This document shows, in pieces, positions 52,104 to 61,543 of a stretch of DNA of 63,622 nt. Position numbers and translations under genes: made by a program. This stretch comes from Vicinamibacterales bacterium (lineage in GTDB: Bacteria > Acidobacteriota > Vicinamibacteria > Vicinamibacterales > UBA2999). Position 1 is the stretch's first letter, and every line of letters begins with the position of its first letter. Location of the stretch: NCBI GenBank assembly GCA_050748045.1, contig JBOGIW010000339.1, positions 1-63,622 of the forward strand, written 5' to 3'. The notes under the pieces were generated by a model that made no database searches, was not told the DNA's origin, and worked only from the letters and a program-made list of their open reading frames with translations.

Positions 52104-53951
52104 CTAAGCCGTCGCCAGGAGGCAGGCCAGTGCGGCCGGCGCCAGAATCAGGCGCCGGCCGACGCTCAGCGGGCCGCGCAGGTACCCCTGGAAGATCGCC
52201 GGCAGGAGGGAGAGGCCGACGAGCGCTGCCAGGAAGTCGTAGAGCATCAGCGCGACGTTGCCGCTCAGCAGGTGCGAGTAGACGAGGAGCAGCGGCACGA
52301 TATACAGCGCCTTGGCGACTCGAAACGTTTCCCACCCTGTGCGCATCGGCGGCGAACCCGCAATCGAGGCTGCCACGAACGCGGTCGTGCACACCGGCGG
52401 CGTGATCGTCGAGTCCTGGGCGAACCAGAAGATCACGAGGTGCGCGGTGAGCAGCGGCACGCCGAGATCCGCGAGCGCCGGGGCCGCCAGCGTCGACACG
52501 AGGATGTACGACATCGTGGTGGGAAGGCTCATCCCCACGACGAACGAGATGAGGGCCACGAGCACGAGCCCGAGCAGGACCGAGTCCTGCGCAAAGGCGA
52601 GCGTGATCGACGTGACCTTGAGCATCAGCCCGGTGCTGGTGATGATGCCCATCACGACGGCCGCCGTGGCCGAGGTCACCGTGACAATGAGCGCGCCTCG
52701 CGACGTCATCTCGAAGGCGGTCACGAGCTTCGCCGGCGTGATACGCGTGTCCCGTCGCGCGTAGCTTACGACGATGAGCGCCACGATGCTCAACGCCGAG
52801 GCATAGAACGGCGTGTAGCCCGCTATCAGCAGGGCCACGAGGAACACGAGCGGCGTCACAAGGTGAATCCCCCGCCCGAGGATCGCGACTATCGCCGCCG
52901 CGTCCGACCCGACGCCCCGCGCGAGCCCACGCTTCGCCGCCTTCACGTGCACGTGGGCGAGGACGCTGGCGAAGTAGAGGATCGCCGGAAGAATGGAATA
53001 CGCGAGGATCGTGATCAAGGGAATGCCGGTCAGCTCGGACATGATGAAGACGCCGGCGCCCATAATTGGCGGCATCATCGCCCCGCCGACGCCCGCCGCC
53101 GTCTCGATCGCCGCTGCCTCCACCGCCCGGAAGCCGTGGCGTTTCATCAACGGAATCGTGACGCTGCCGGTCGTCACGACATTCGCGGCGGTGCTGCCGG
53201 ACACCATCCCGAGGAGCGCGCTGCTGACCACGGCCACCTTCGCCGGCCCGCCGACGAAGCGGTCGCCGAGGGCGCTGGCGAGATCCATGATGATCTGCTG
53301 GCCGCCTCCGACCTGCAACAGGCTCGCGAAGATCAGGAAGGTGAAGAGGTAGGTGGCCATGATCCCCGTGATCACGTTGAAGAGACCTTCGGGCACCAGA
53401 TACAGGTGGTCCACCAGCAGCGAGAGCCGCACGCCCTGGTGCTCGAGCGCGCCGGGCATCAGGGGCCCGCCCAGGGCGTACACGAAGAAGAGCAGTGTCG
53501 TGACGACGAGCGTCCACCCGATCATGCGTCGCGTGGCCTCGAGCACGACGGCGATGGCGGCGAGCCCCAGGATGAAGTCGGGCCACGACAGCGGGTCGAC
53601 ATACACCATCCGCCACATCAGCCGTTGCTGATTGACGACGATCCAGCCGAACGCGGCCACGCTGACGATCGCGAGCGCGAGGTCGGCGATCGAGATCGGC
53701 GCCCGCCGGCGCGCGGGATAGTAGAGGAACACCAGCGGAACCGTGAACATCAGGTGCCCCGCCGCCCTCGTCATGGCGTCCCACCAACCGGAGAACGCGC
53801 ACCACAGTGTCAGAAGCGGCAGCGCGATGGCCGCGGCCCTGGCGATGCCGCCGAGCGGGCCCGTCAGAGGACGCTGTGCGGCCTCGGTCTCCTCGGCCTC
53901 GAAGGCGGCGGGGACGTGGCCGTCCCTGAGCTCCGCGGCATCGCCGGTCAC
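52104..53951 (-). CDS. TRAP transporter fused permease (TAXI-type, 4TM+12TM)
   Basis: About 18 hydrophobic segments. Contains GGPAKVAVVSSALLGMVSGSTAANVVTTGSVTIPLMK. The GTG start at 53951 overlaps the upstream stop (GTGA). Confidence 0.82.
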   Translation of the reverse strand: MTGDAAELRDGHVPAAFEAEETEAAQRPLTGPLGGIARAAAIALPLLTLWCAFSGWWDAMTRAAGHLMFTVPLVFLYYPARRRAPISIADLALAIVSVAAFGWIVVNQQRLMWRMVYVDPLSWPDFILGLAAIAVVLEATRRMIGWTLVVTTLLFFVYALGGPLMPGALEHQGVRLSLLVDHLYLVPEGLFNVITGIMATYLFTFLIFASLLQVGGGQQIIMDLASALGDRFVGGPAKVAVVSSALLGMVSGSTAANVVTTGSVTIPLMKRHGFRAVEAAAIETAAGVGGAMMPPIMGAGVFIMSELTGIPLITILAYSILPAILYFASVLAHVHVKAAKRGLARGVGSDAAAIVAILGRGIHLVTPLVFLVALLIAGYTPFYASALSIVALIVVSYARRDTRITPAKLVTAFEMTSRGALIVTVTSATAAVVMGIITSTGLMLKVTSITLAFAQDSVLLGLVLVALISFVVGMSLPTTMSYILVSTLAAPALADLGVPLLTAHLVIFWFAQDSTITPPVCTTAFVAASIAGSPPMRTGWETFRVAKALYIVPLLLVYSHLLSGNVALMLYDFLAALVGLSLLPAIFQGYLRGPLSVGRRLILAPAALACLLATA

Positions 53952-56875
53952 GGGTGCGCCGCCCCATCGTCCAGGACGATGCGCAGCGGCTGGGTCTGCT
54001 CCCGGCCTCCGATCGAGAGCGTCACCTCGTAATCGCCGATCGGCACCACAGGGCCGGGTCGGCCCGCGTTGCCCGCTGCCAGCAACCGCCTCGAGTCGTT
54101 GCCGCCGACGCGACGCCACATCGGAAGCGGCGCCGCATCTGCGCCACGGAGGTCCCAGAGTACGCGGTTGATACCAGCCTGGGACGAGCCCACCAGCTCC
54201 CGAACCAGCGTGCCCGTGTTGTCCCGAACGGTGATCCGAGCCGGCCCGGTCGACCCGGCCTTCAAGTAGTAGTAGATGCCCGCTCCGGGCGGCGCCATCC
54301 CGCTCGAATCGCCTTCCCGCACGAGCTCGGCGTACGGATTCGGCGCCGCGAATCGCCTGGCGCCGCTCGCCGCTTTGTTCTTCGTCAGGTCGATGTTCCA
54401 GAGGACCGCGGGCGCCGGCGGGAAGAGGTGCGCGTCGCGCGCGCGTACCTGAGGTGACAGCGCCTGGAGCGCGCTGATGTCCAGCACGTACAGGCTCCGA
54501 CCGTGCGTGCCGGCGACAAGCTCCGGCTCGCGCGGATGGATGACGAGGTCGTCGACGGGAACGGTGGGCAGACCAGTGCTCAATCGCTGCCATGACCGCC
54601 CGCCATCCACCGATGTGAAGACCGATGTCTTCGTGCCGGCGAACAACAGATCGGGATTGCGCCGATCGCCACGGATGACGCTCACCGGGACGCGCCTGGG
54701 CAGGTTGCTGACAATGGAGACCCAGGTCTGGCCGAAGTCGCCGGTGCGATAGAGGTGGGGCTCGAAGTCGTTGTCCCGATGGGCGTCGAGGCTGACATAG
54801 GCGGCGCCCGCGTCGAAGCGTGACGCCTCGACCCGGCTCACCCAGGCCGTCATCCGCCCATCGGGTCCCTTCGGCGCCCCCGGAAGCCGGTCCGCAAGAC
54901 TGATCCACGACCCGCCGCCGTCACGTGTCACCAGCAGGTTCCCGTCGTCGGTGCCCGCCCAGAGCACCGATGGGTCCTTCGGCGATTCGGCAAGCGTGGT
55001 GATCGTCGCGCCTTCGCCTGTGCGGGGGCTCGGCTGGCCCTTGGTGAGATCGGGGCTGATGGCCGTCCACGCGTCGCCGCGGTTCGTGCTCCGGAACACC
55101 CGCTGCGCGGCGATGTAGAGCGTCGCTGGACCGTGGGAGGACAGCAGCACAGGGGTGGTGAAGTTGAAGCGGAGGGCCGGTTCTCCTCGCCCGGCTCTCG
55201 GGCGAATGCCGCGCCGCGCGCCGGTGCCGAGGTCGATTCGGAGCAGGTTGCCGTTCTGCGACGCCGTGTAGATCAAGTTGTGATTGGTGGGATCGACGTG
55301 CGTATACGCGCCATCGGCGCTGGCGACCTTGTACCAATCATTGGCGGTGACGCCGCTGCGATGACGCGTGGCGCTCGGTCCTCCCCACGTACCGTTGTCC
55401 TGAAGTCCGGCGTAGACGAAGTACGGCTTGCGCATGTCCACGCCGATGCGCACGACCTGGCCGATCGGCATCTGGTGAGCCTCCCAGTGCGCGCCGCGGT
55501 CGTAGGTTGTGTAGAGGCCGCCGTCCGAGCCGACGATCAGGTGATTGGAGCTTGCGGGATCGATCCACATCGCGTGAAAGTCGCCGTGGATGAAATCGCT
55601 CGTCAGGAACGAGGAGAACGCCCACTCCTCCTCTTCGAACGACTGTCCGCCGTCGTTCGAGGACCACGTGCGGACCATCAGGGCGTAGACGCGGTCTGGA
55701 TTGTTCGGATCGACTCGAACCTTCGAGTAATAACCCTCTCGTTCGTTCAGCGGGCTCGTCCGGATCCACGTCCTGCCGCGATCGTCCGAGCGGAAGACGC
55801 CTCCCCCGGTGTCCAGCTCCGGCATTGCGAGGAGCACGCGGAGCTGCGCCTGTTGCCCGCGGCTCATGCCCGCCACCACGGCGCTGCGGGGCTCGCCGGG
55901 CGCGCCCGCCTCGATGAGCCGTCGAAGTCCCGCCGCTTCCTCGGCATCAGGCGGATCGCTGCCGGCCAGCAAGTCGCGAAGGCGATTGGCAACCGCCGTG
56001 GTCAACGTCACCCAGACGGGCGCCACCTCCACGATCGCGTAGATCCGGTCAGGCCGGCTCGGCGCCACCCGCAGGCCGATCCGTCCGACGCGCCGGGTGG
56101 GCAGTCCCTGCGTCAGCGGCGTCCAGCTCTCGCCGCCGTCGGTTGTCTTGTAGATGCCGCTGCCTTCCAGTATGGAGATGCCAACGCTGTCAAAATCGTC
56201 GAAGCGCTCGCTGCGGCGCCCGTAGGCCGCCGCGTACACCACCTGCGGGTCGCGAGGATCCATCGTCATGTCGACGAAGCCGGCATCCTCGCTGATGAAC
56301 TTTACGTGCCTCCAGGTGCGCCCTCCGTCACGCGTGCGGTACAGGCCCCGCTCAGGGTTCGGTCCCCACAGATGCCCCGCCGCCGCTACGTAGACAATGT
56401 CCGGGTTGCCGGGGTGGATGATGATGCGGCCGATGTGGTGCGTGTCGGCAAGGCCCATGTGCGAGAACGAGCGGCCGCCGTCGAGCGACTTGTAGACGCC
56501 GTCGCCCCAGGGGGCATAGCTGCTGGCATTGACTTCTCCGGTGCCGACCCACACGATGTCCGGATTGGAGTCGGAGACGGCGAGGGCGCCGATTGATCCC
56601 GAGCCGTAGCGGTCGAAGATGGGGGTCCAGGTCGTGCCCCTGTTGACCGTCTTCCAGACACCCCCCGACGCCGTGGCGCAGTAGACCGTCGTCGATTGGC
56701 CGTTCGGGACGGCGATGTCCGTCACCCGGCCGCTCATGTTGGCGGGACCAATCGAGCGCCAGGGCACGTTGGCGAGACCCGCGCCGGGCGTGTCCGGCTC
56801 GCCGGCCGCCGTCGCCGCGCCGGCAACCAGCAGGAGGAGCGGCAGCACACGCAAGAACGGAAGGCCAGAACGCAT
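53948..56875 (-). CDS. Secreted BNR/Asp-box repeat double-beta-propeller protein (sortilin/VPS10- or GH74-like)
   Basis: Signal peptide MRSGLPFLRVLPLLLLVAGAATAAG. About 10 SxDxGxxW-type motifs (SLDGGRSFS, TRDGGRTWR, TTDGGESWT, SDDRGRTWI, SVDGGRSWQ ...). Confidence 0.8.
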   Translation of the reverse strand: MRSGLPFLRVLPLLLLVAGAATAAGEPDTPGAGLANVPWRSIGPANMSGRVTDIAVPNGQSTTVYCATASGGVWKTVNRGTTWTPIFDRYGSGSIGALAVSDSNPDIVWVGTGEVNASSYAPWGDGVYKSLDGGRSFSHMGLADTHHIGRIIIHPGNPDIVYVAAAGHLWGPNPERGLYRTRDGGRTWRHVKFISEDAGFVDMTMDPRDPQVVYAAAYGRRSERFDDFDSVGISILEGSGIYKTTDGGESWTPLTQGLPTRRVGRIGLRVAPSRPDRIYAIVEVAPVWVTLTTAVANRLRDLLAGSDPPDAEEAAGLRRLIEAGAPGEPRSAVVAGMSRGQQAQLRVLLAMPELDTGGGVFRSDDRGRTWIRTSPLNEREGYYSKVRVDPNNPDRVYALMVRTWSSNDGGQSFEEEEWAFSSFLTSDFIHGDFHAMWIDPASSNHLIVGSDGGLYTTYDRGAHWEAHQMPIGQVVRIGVDMRKPYFVYAGLQDNGTWGGPSATRHRSGVTANDWYKVASADGAYTHVDPTNHNLIYTASQNGNLLRIDLGTGARRGIRPRAGRGEPALRFNFTTPVLLSSHGPATLYIAAQRVFRSTNRGDAWTAISPDLTKGQPSPRTGEGATITTLAESPKDPSVLWAGTDDGNLLVTRDGGGSWISLADRLPGAPKGPDGRMTAWVSRVEASRFDAGAAYVSLDAHRDNDFEPHLYRTGDFGQTWVSIVSNLPRRVPVSVIRGDRRNPDLLFAGTKTSVFTSVDGGRSWQRLSTGLPTVPVDDLVIHPREPELVAGTHGRSLYVLDISALQALSPQVRARDAHLFPPAPAVLWNIDLTKNKAASGARRFAAPNPYAELVREGDSSGMAPPGAGIYYYLKAGSTGPARITVRDNTGTLVRELVGSSQAGINRVLWDLRGADAAPLPMWRRVGGNDSRRLLAAGNAGRPGPVVPIGDYEVTLSIGGREQTQPLRIVLDDGAAHP

Positions 56876-57140
56876 GGGGCCAGTCTTTCGCTCAAGACCT
56901 CCCGATCGAAGAGACAGACAGGGTGTACGAACCGAACTGTCGTGCCAGCTCAGGCGAGGGTTGCAGGGGGTCATGTGTCGAAGTCTCCAAAACTGGCGCG
57001 GGACACGAGGGGACCGGCGGGCACGGGGTACGACAGTTTCGATAGGTCGCGCCCGGCTGTCGCTCGCAGGGGCCGGGGCTCTCTGCCATCATGGCGGCGC
57101 GTGAAGGACGGCCGATGGTAAACCGGCCGGGAGGAGCGAG

Positions 57141-58973
57141 ATGGACACGAAGCGCCTGCATGGCACGGTCGCGGTGATTGCGACGATCGTCGTGCTTTCA
57201 TCAGTGGTTGCGGCCGGCACCCTGGGGTCGTGGGACGCTGACGAACGGCAGCCGGCCCGCCCGGCTGATTGGAGCCCCGTCCAGCTGCCAGGCCCTGACC
57301 AGCACCCGCCGGAGCTGCTGCAACTGGCGAAAGAGGTGCGCGCTCTTCGAAGCGCCACCGTGAGGGCCGGCACGGTACAAGACTACGCCGCGACCGCAGC
57401 GAAGCAGAAGAGCGCGTTGCCGTCCCTCAAGCAGAAGCTGAACGGCACCAGGACCGATGGCTGGTCGGTGCACAGCAAGGTCGACTACCTCCTGCTCCGC
57501 TCGGAGCTGGACAACCTCGAGTTCACGCTGCGAGTCTGGCGTCCCACCTCCCGCAACCCGAGCTTCTATGTCAACGCCGCGATCAACGGCGTCGGTCGTC
57601 ACCTGACGGGCGGGCGCTACATGCGCGGGGACGCGATGCCGTACAGCCGCGAGCGCGCGCAGGCCATCCTGCAGGCGCTGGCGGACACCGGCCCGATTCT
57701 CGACCAGGGGCGGAAGAACCTCACGGAAATCGTGTCTGCGCTGGCCGACGTCGCTCTGGAGCATCCCGGCGGTGGCTACTACACCGAGGGCGGGCAACTG
57801 ACGTTCATCGAGCAGAACTACGAGAAGTGGGCCAGACTCACCGCCGCGCACTTCCCGCAGCCTGAAGCCGGCCAGTTGGTGGCGACGGCGGCCAAGGCGG
57901 CCGGCGAGCTGAAGGCGTTTGGCGGATGGCTCGAGTCGAATCGCGGCCGGATGTCCGGCACGCCCGCGATCGGCCTTGACGCCCTGAACTGGTACACGAA
58001 GCACGTGCTCCTGATGCCCTACGACGCCAGCCAGCTCCAACTGCTGGCGGAGATGGAGCGCGGGCGTGCCGTGTCCTTCTTCCAGTTCGAGTCGCACAAA
58101 AACCGGCACCTGCCGAGGATCGACCCGGCCAAGACGTACAGGCAATATCTCGCATGGGACGACGAGACCGCGCTCATCATCCGTCGCTGGTATGTCGAGG
58201 ATCAGCAAATCCTCAGCGACCGCGACTACCTGCTCGACGTGAAGTCGGAGGAAGGCCTCTACCTGCTGCCCTTCGGCCTGATTTCGTTTCCGAAGGAAAA
58301 CAAGCCCGACGTGAAGCGAATCCTGCTGGTGCCGCCCGATCACTGGCGCGCGGTCTACTCGAACATGGGATTTCGAACGGATCCCGGAGTCCTGCACGGG
58401 CACGAGTACTGGCCTGGGCACTACTACGAGGGCGAAGTGCAGCGGCGCAACCCCTGCCCCGTGCGGCCTGCGCATCGTGACGGCGCGCACAGCCAGGGAT
58501 GGTGCAACTATCACGAGGAGCTTCCGGTCCATCTGGACTTCCCGTTCGTACGCGGGCCACGCGCGCGCGAGCTCGTGTACATCAATAATCTCCAGCGCGC
58601 CGACCGCATCCTGATGGGTCTGAAGGTCCTGAGCGGCGCGCTCTCGCCGAAGCAGGCGATGGCGGAGATGACCAAGACGGTGCCGCCCCTTGGTCCCGGC
58701 CTCGGCGTGCGGCCCGAGGAGGCGTTCGAGGAAATCGAGGGAATCATCCAGCGCGGCCTCGATCACGGGATGACGGGCAGGCTCCAGATCTTCCAGCTCC
58801 TCGCGGAGCGGAAGCTGCAGCTCAAGGACGCGTTCGACTTCCGGGAGTTCAATGATGCTCTCATCAGCATGGGCTCGGTACCGTTGTCCTTGCTGCGCTG
58901 GGAGCTCACGGGACTTGACGATCAGGTGAAGCAGCTGTGGAGCGCGGAGCCGCTCAGAGCGACCGAACCATAG
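57141..58973 (+). CDS. DUF885-family protein, paralog 2
   Basis: GHEYWPGHYYE motif. It is collinear with 40821..42644 at roughly half identical residues by eye. GGAGGAG lies upstream of the ATG. Confidence 0.8.
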   Translation: MDTKRLHGTVAVIATIVVLSSVVAAGTLGSWDADERQPARPADWSPVQLPGPDQHPPELLQLAKEVRALRSATVRAGTVQDYAATAAKQKSALPSLKQKLNGTRTDGWSVHSKVDYLLLRSELDNLEFTLRVWRPTSRNPSFYVNAAINGVGRHLTGGRYMRGDAMPYSRERAQAILQALADTGPILDQGRKNLTEIVSALADVALEHPGGGYYTEGGQLTFIEQNYEKWARLTAAHFPQPEAGQLVATAAKAAGELKAFGGWLESNRGRMSGTPAIGLDALNWYTKHVLLMPYDASQLQLLAEMERGRAVSFFQFESHKNRHLPRIDPAKTYRQYLAWDDETALIIRRWYVEDQQILSDRDYLLDVKSEEGLYLLPFGLISFPKENKPDVKRILLVPPDHWRAVYSNMGFRTDPGVLHGHEYWPGHYYEGEVQRRNPCPVRPAHRDGAHSQGWCNYHEELPVHLDFPFVRGPRARELVYINNLQRADRILMGLKVLSGALSPKQAMAEMTKTVPPLGPGLGVRPEEAFEEIEGIIQRGLDHGMTGRLQIFQLLAERKLQLKDAFDFREFNDALISMGSVPLSLLRWELTGLDDQVKQLWSAEPLRATEP

Positions 58974-59011
58974 ATGCCCATCCGTTCGACGTCAATGCAA
59001 AGGAGCATGTT

Positions 59012-60184
59012 TTGACACTTGGGACGGCCTCGCTCACCAATCAGAACAAGCCCGGCCTCACGGCTCCCGTCGAGACGGTTGAAGCCCGGACGCTCTCGAT
59101 TCCACTGCGCAAGCCGCTCGCGTTCTCGACACGGTACGTCGTGCGCCGCGAATACACGGTCGTCCGCGTGCGCACCGCAGACGGCCGCGAGGGGGTCGGG
59201 TACTGCTACTGCGGCAATCGTTCGGGCATTCTGGTCACGCAGTTCGTGCGTGAGCTGCTCCGCGAGCACGTGATCGGGCTGGATCCGCTGTCGGTCGAGA
59301 CCATCTGGTCGAATATGTACCGCGACGCAATCCTGCTCGGCCGCTGCGGAGCCGCGGTGCGGGCGATCAGCGCCATCGACGTAGCGCTGTGGGACCTGAT
59401 CGGCAAGGCCACGAGCCTGCCGCTCCATCGCCTGCTGGGTGGCCCGAAAGCGGACCGCGTTCCCTGCTACGCGAGCGGCGGCTACTACTGGGAAGAGGTG
59501 GACCCCTGCCGGTATGTCGCCGAGGAGCTCGAGGGCTACGTCGCGGCGGGCTTCACGGCGGTGAAGATCAAGGTCGGGCGCCTGTCGGCCCAGGAGGAGA
59601 TTCGACGGGCGCGGGCGGCGCGGGCGGCCATCGGCCCGGATGTCATGCTGATGATGGATGCCAACAACGCGTGGCCAGACGCAGCGACCGCCATTCCGGC
59701 CATCAACGCGCTCGCCGAGGTGCACCCCTTCTGGATCGAGGAGCCGCTCATGCCGGACGACCGGCGTGGCCACGCGGCCATCAGGCGCAAAGTGTCGGTT
59801 CCAATTGCCACCGGCGAGATCGAAGCGACACGTTGGGGATTCGGCGAGCTGCTCGAGGTGGACGCGGTCGACATGCTGCAACCAGATGCCACAGTCCTCG
59901 GCGGGATCACCGAGTTCAGGAGAGTCGCGGGCATGGCAGCGGGCCGGAACGTTCCGCTGTACCCGCACTGGATGCACCACCTGCACACGTCGCTGGTCGC
60001 CTCCATCCCGAACGCCGTCATGGTGGAGTTCTTTCCCGACCGCAGCGTCCTCAACCTCGGCGAGGTGCTGGAGGAGGAGATTCGCGCCGACCACGGAACG
60101 CTGCCGGTGCCCCAGGAGCCTGGCATCGGCCTGCGGTTCGACATGAAGGCGCTCGACCGGTTTGCCGTCGATCGCTGGTCATAG
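59012..60184 (+). CDS. Enolase-superfamily enzyme (mandelate racemase / acid-sugar dehydratase-like subgroup)
   Basis: VKIKVG (KxK), MMDANNAW, WIEEPL, IATGE and LQPDATVLGG motifs. A TTG start at 59012 follows AAGGAG (59000-59005) with a 6-nt spacer. Confidence 0.8.
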   Translation: MTLGTASLTNQNKPGLTAPVETVEARTLSIPLRKPLAFSTRYVVRREYTVVRVRTADGREGVGYCYCGNRSGILVTQFVRELLREHVIGLDPLSVETIWSNMYRDAILLGRCGAAVRAISAIDVALWDLIGKATSLPLHRLLGGPKADRVPCYASGGYYWEEVDPCRYVAEELEGYVAAGFTAVKIKVGRLSAQEEIRRARAARAAIGPDVMLMMDANNAWPDAATAIPAINALAEVHPFWIEEPLMPDDRRGHAAIRRKVSVPIATGEIEATRWGFGELLEVDAVDMLQPDATVLGGITEFRRVAGMAAGRNVPLYPHWMHHLHTSLVASIPNAVMVEFFPDRSVLNLGEVLEEEIRADHGTLPVPQEPGIGLRFDMKALDRFAVDRWS

Positions 60185-60190
60185 CGCGAG

Positions 60191-60381
60191 GCGGGAGCGA
60201 TTCTCGACGTCTTCGACCGTGAGCCGCCTCCAGAGCGTGAGATCTGGTCGCTCCCGACGTCGTGGTGACGCCGCACATCGCCGCCGAGCCGGACGGGTGG
60301 CCGGTGGAACTGGTGCGGCTCTTCTGCGCCAACCGGCGACGATGGATGAAGGATGAGCCTCTCCGGAATGTCGTCAACCCG
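60191..60381 (+). pseudogene. C-terminal remnant of a D-isomer-specific 2-hydroxyacid dehydrogenase, with a 1-nt frameshift
   Basis: Frame A reads GAILDVFDREPPPEREIWSLP. It then shifts within a C-run at ~60253-60256 to frame B, DVVVTPHIAAEPDGW...FCANRRRWMKDEPLRNVVNP. The roughly 230 N-terminal residues expected in this family are absent. Confidence 0.6.
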
Positions 60382-61543
60382 GCCTCCGGCGACTGGCGGC
60401 CCCCGCGGCGAAGCCCATGTGTGCGTGATTGGCGCAGGCGTGATGGGCGCCTCCGCTGCCTTCCAGCTCGCGAGGCACGGGATGAGCGTGCTGCTCGTCG
60501 ACCGCTCGATGCCCGGCTCGGAGGCCTCGGGCGCGACGGCGGGAACGCTCGCCGTCCAGAACAAGAAGCCGGATCTGATTCCGATCGTTCTCCAATCGCT
60601 CGACATGTGGGCCGAGCTGTCGGACTGCCTGGGCTCGGACGTGGAGTACGAGGTCCGCGGCGGCTTCCGCCTCGCGCACACCGACGAGGACGTCGAACGG
60701 CTCGAGCAGGCAGTGAAGGCGCAGCAGGCGCTTGGCGCTCCGGTCGAAATGGTCTATGCACCGCAGCTCCATGCCGAGGCCCCGTACCTCGCCGCGTCGG
60801 TTCGTGCGGCCAGCTACTGTCCCCGAGACGGCATGGCGAACCCGTTCGCGACGGTTCGCGCCTTCGTGCGTGCCGGGCGGGCGCTCGGAGTCGAGTGCTG
60901 GTTCAACTGCGCCGTCACCGGAGCCGACGTCCGCGGCGATCACGATTTCGCGCTCAGGACCACCCGCGGTCCTGTGTCCTGTTCGGCTGTCATTGCTGCG
61001 GCCGGAGCCTGGAACCTCGAAGTTGCGCGGCTGGTCGGCGTGGAGCTCCCGATCCACACGGAACTGCTCCAGGCCATCATCACCGACGTCGGCCCGGCGA
61101 TCTTTCCGCACGTCGTCACGCACGTGCGAGGCAACCTCACGCTCAAACAGCAGAGGGTCACCGGAAAAATCCTGATGGGAGGCGCGTGGCCCGGCCAGGG
61201 CGATCGGCAGACGGGGACAAAGCACGTGCGCCGCGACAGCCTGCTCGGAAATCTCAAATGGGCCACCGAGACGATTCCCGCCATACGCCGGAGCCGGCTG
61301 TTGAGAAGCTGGGTGGGATTCGAGGGACGGACGCCAGACAAGATGCTGCTGTGCGGTCCGATGGGTCCGAAAGGCTTTTACATCCTTGGCTGCTCGGGTG
61401 GAGGATTCACGCTGGCGCCGGTCGCGGGGCGAATCGCGGCCGAGTTCGTCGTGTTCGGCGCGCCGCGGATTGCCTGCGAGGAGCTGAACGTGCGCCGGTT
61501 CCTGCGCGAGCCGGCCGCGCAACCGTCCGGGGGGACGTCATGA
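60353..61543 (+). CDS. FAD-dependent oxidoreductase (DAO family; D-hydroxyproline dehydrogenase beta / opine oxidase B-like)
   Basis: HVCVIGAGVMGASAAFQLARHG Rossmann motif. The family-typical C-terminus GFYILGCSGGGFTLAPVAG is present. Confidence 0.85.
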   Translation: MSLSGMSSTRPPATGGPRGEAHVCVIGAGVMGASAAFQLARHGMSVLLVDRSMPGSEASGATAGTLAVQNKKPDLIPIVLQSLDMWAELSDCLGSDVEYEVRGGFRLAHTDEDVERLEQAVKAQQALGAPVEMVYAPQLHAEAPYLAASVRAASYCPRDGMANPFATVRAFVRAGRALGVECWFNCAVTGADVRGDHDFALRTTRGPVSCSAVIAAAGAWNLEVARLVGVELPIHTELLQAIITDVGPAIFPHVVTHVRGNLTLKQQRVTGKILMGGAWPGQGDRQTGTKHVRRDSLLGNLKWATETIPAIRRSRLLRSWVGFEGRTPDKMLLCGPMGPKGFYILGCSGGGFTLAPVAGRIAAEFVVFGAPRIACEELNVRRFLREPAAQPSGGTS

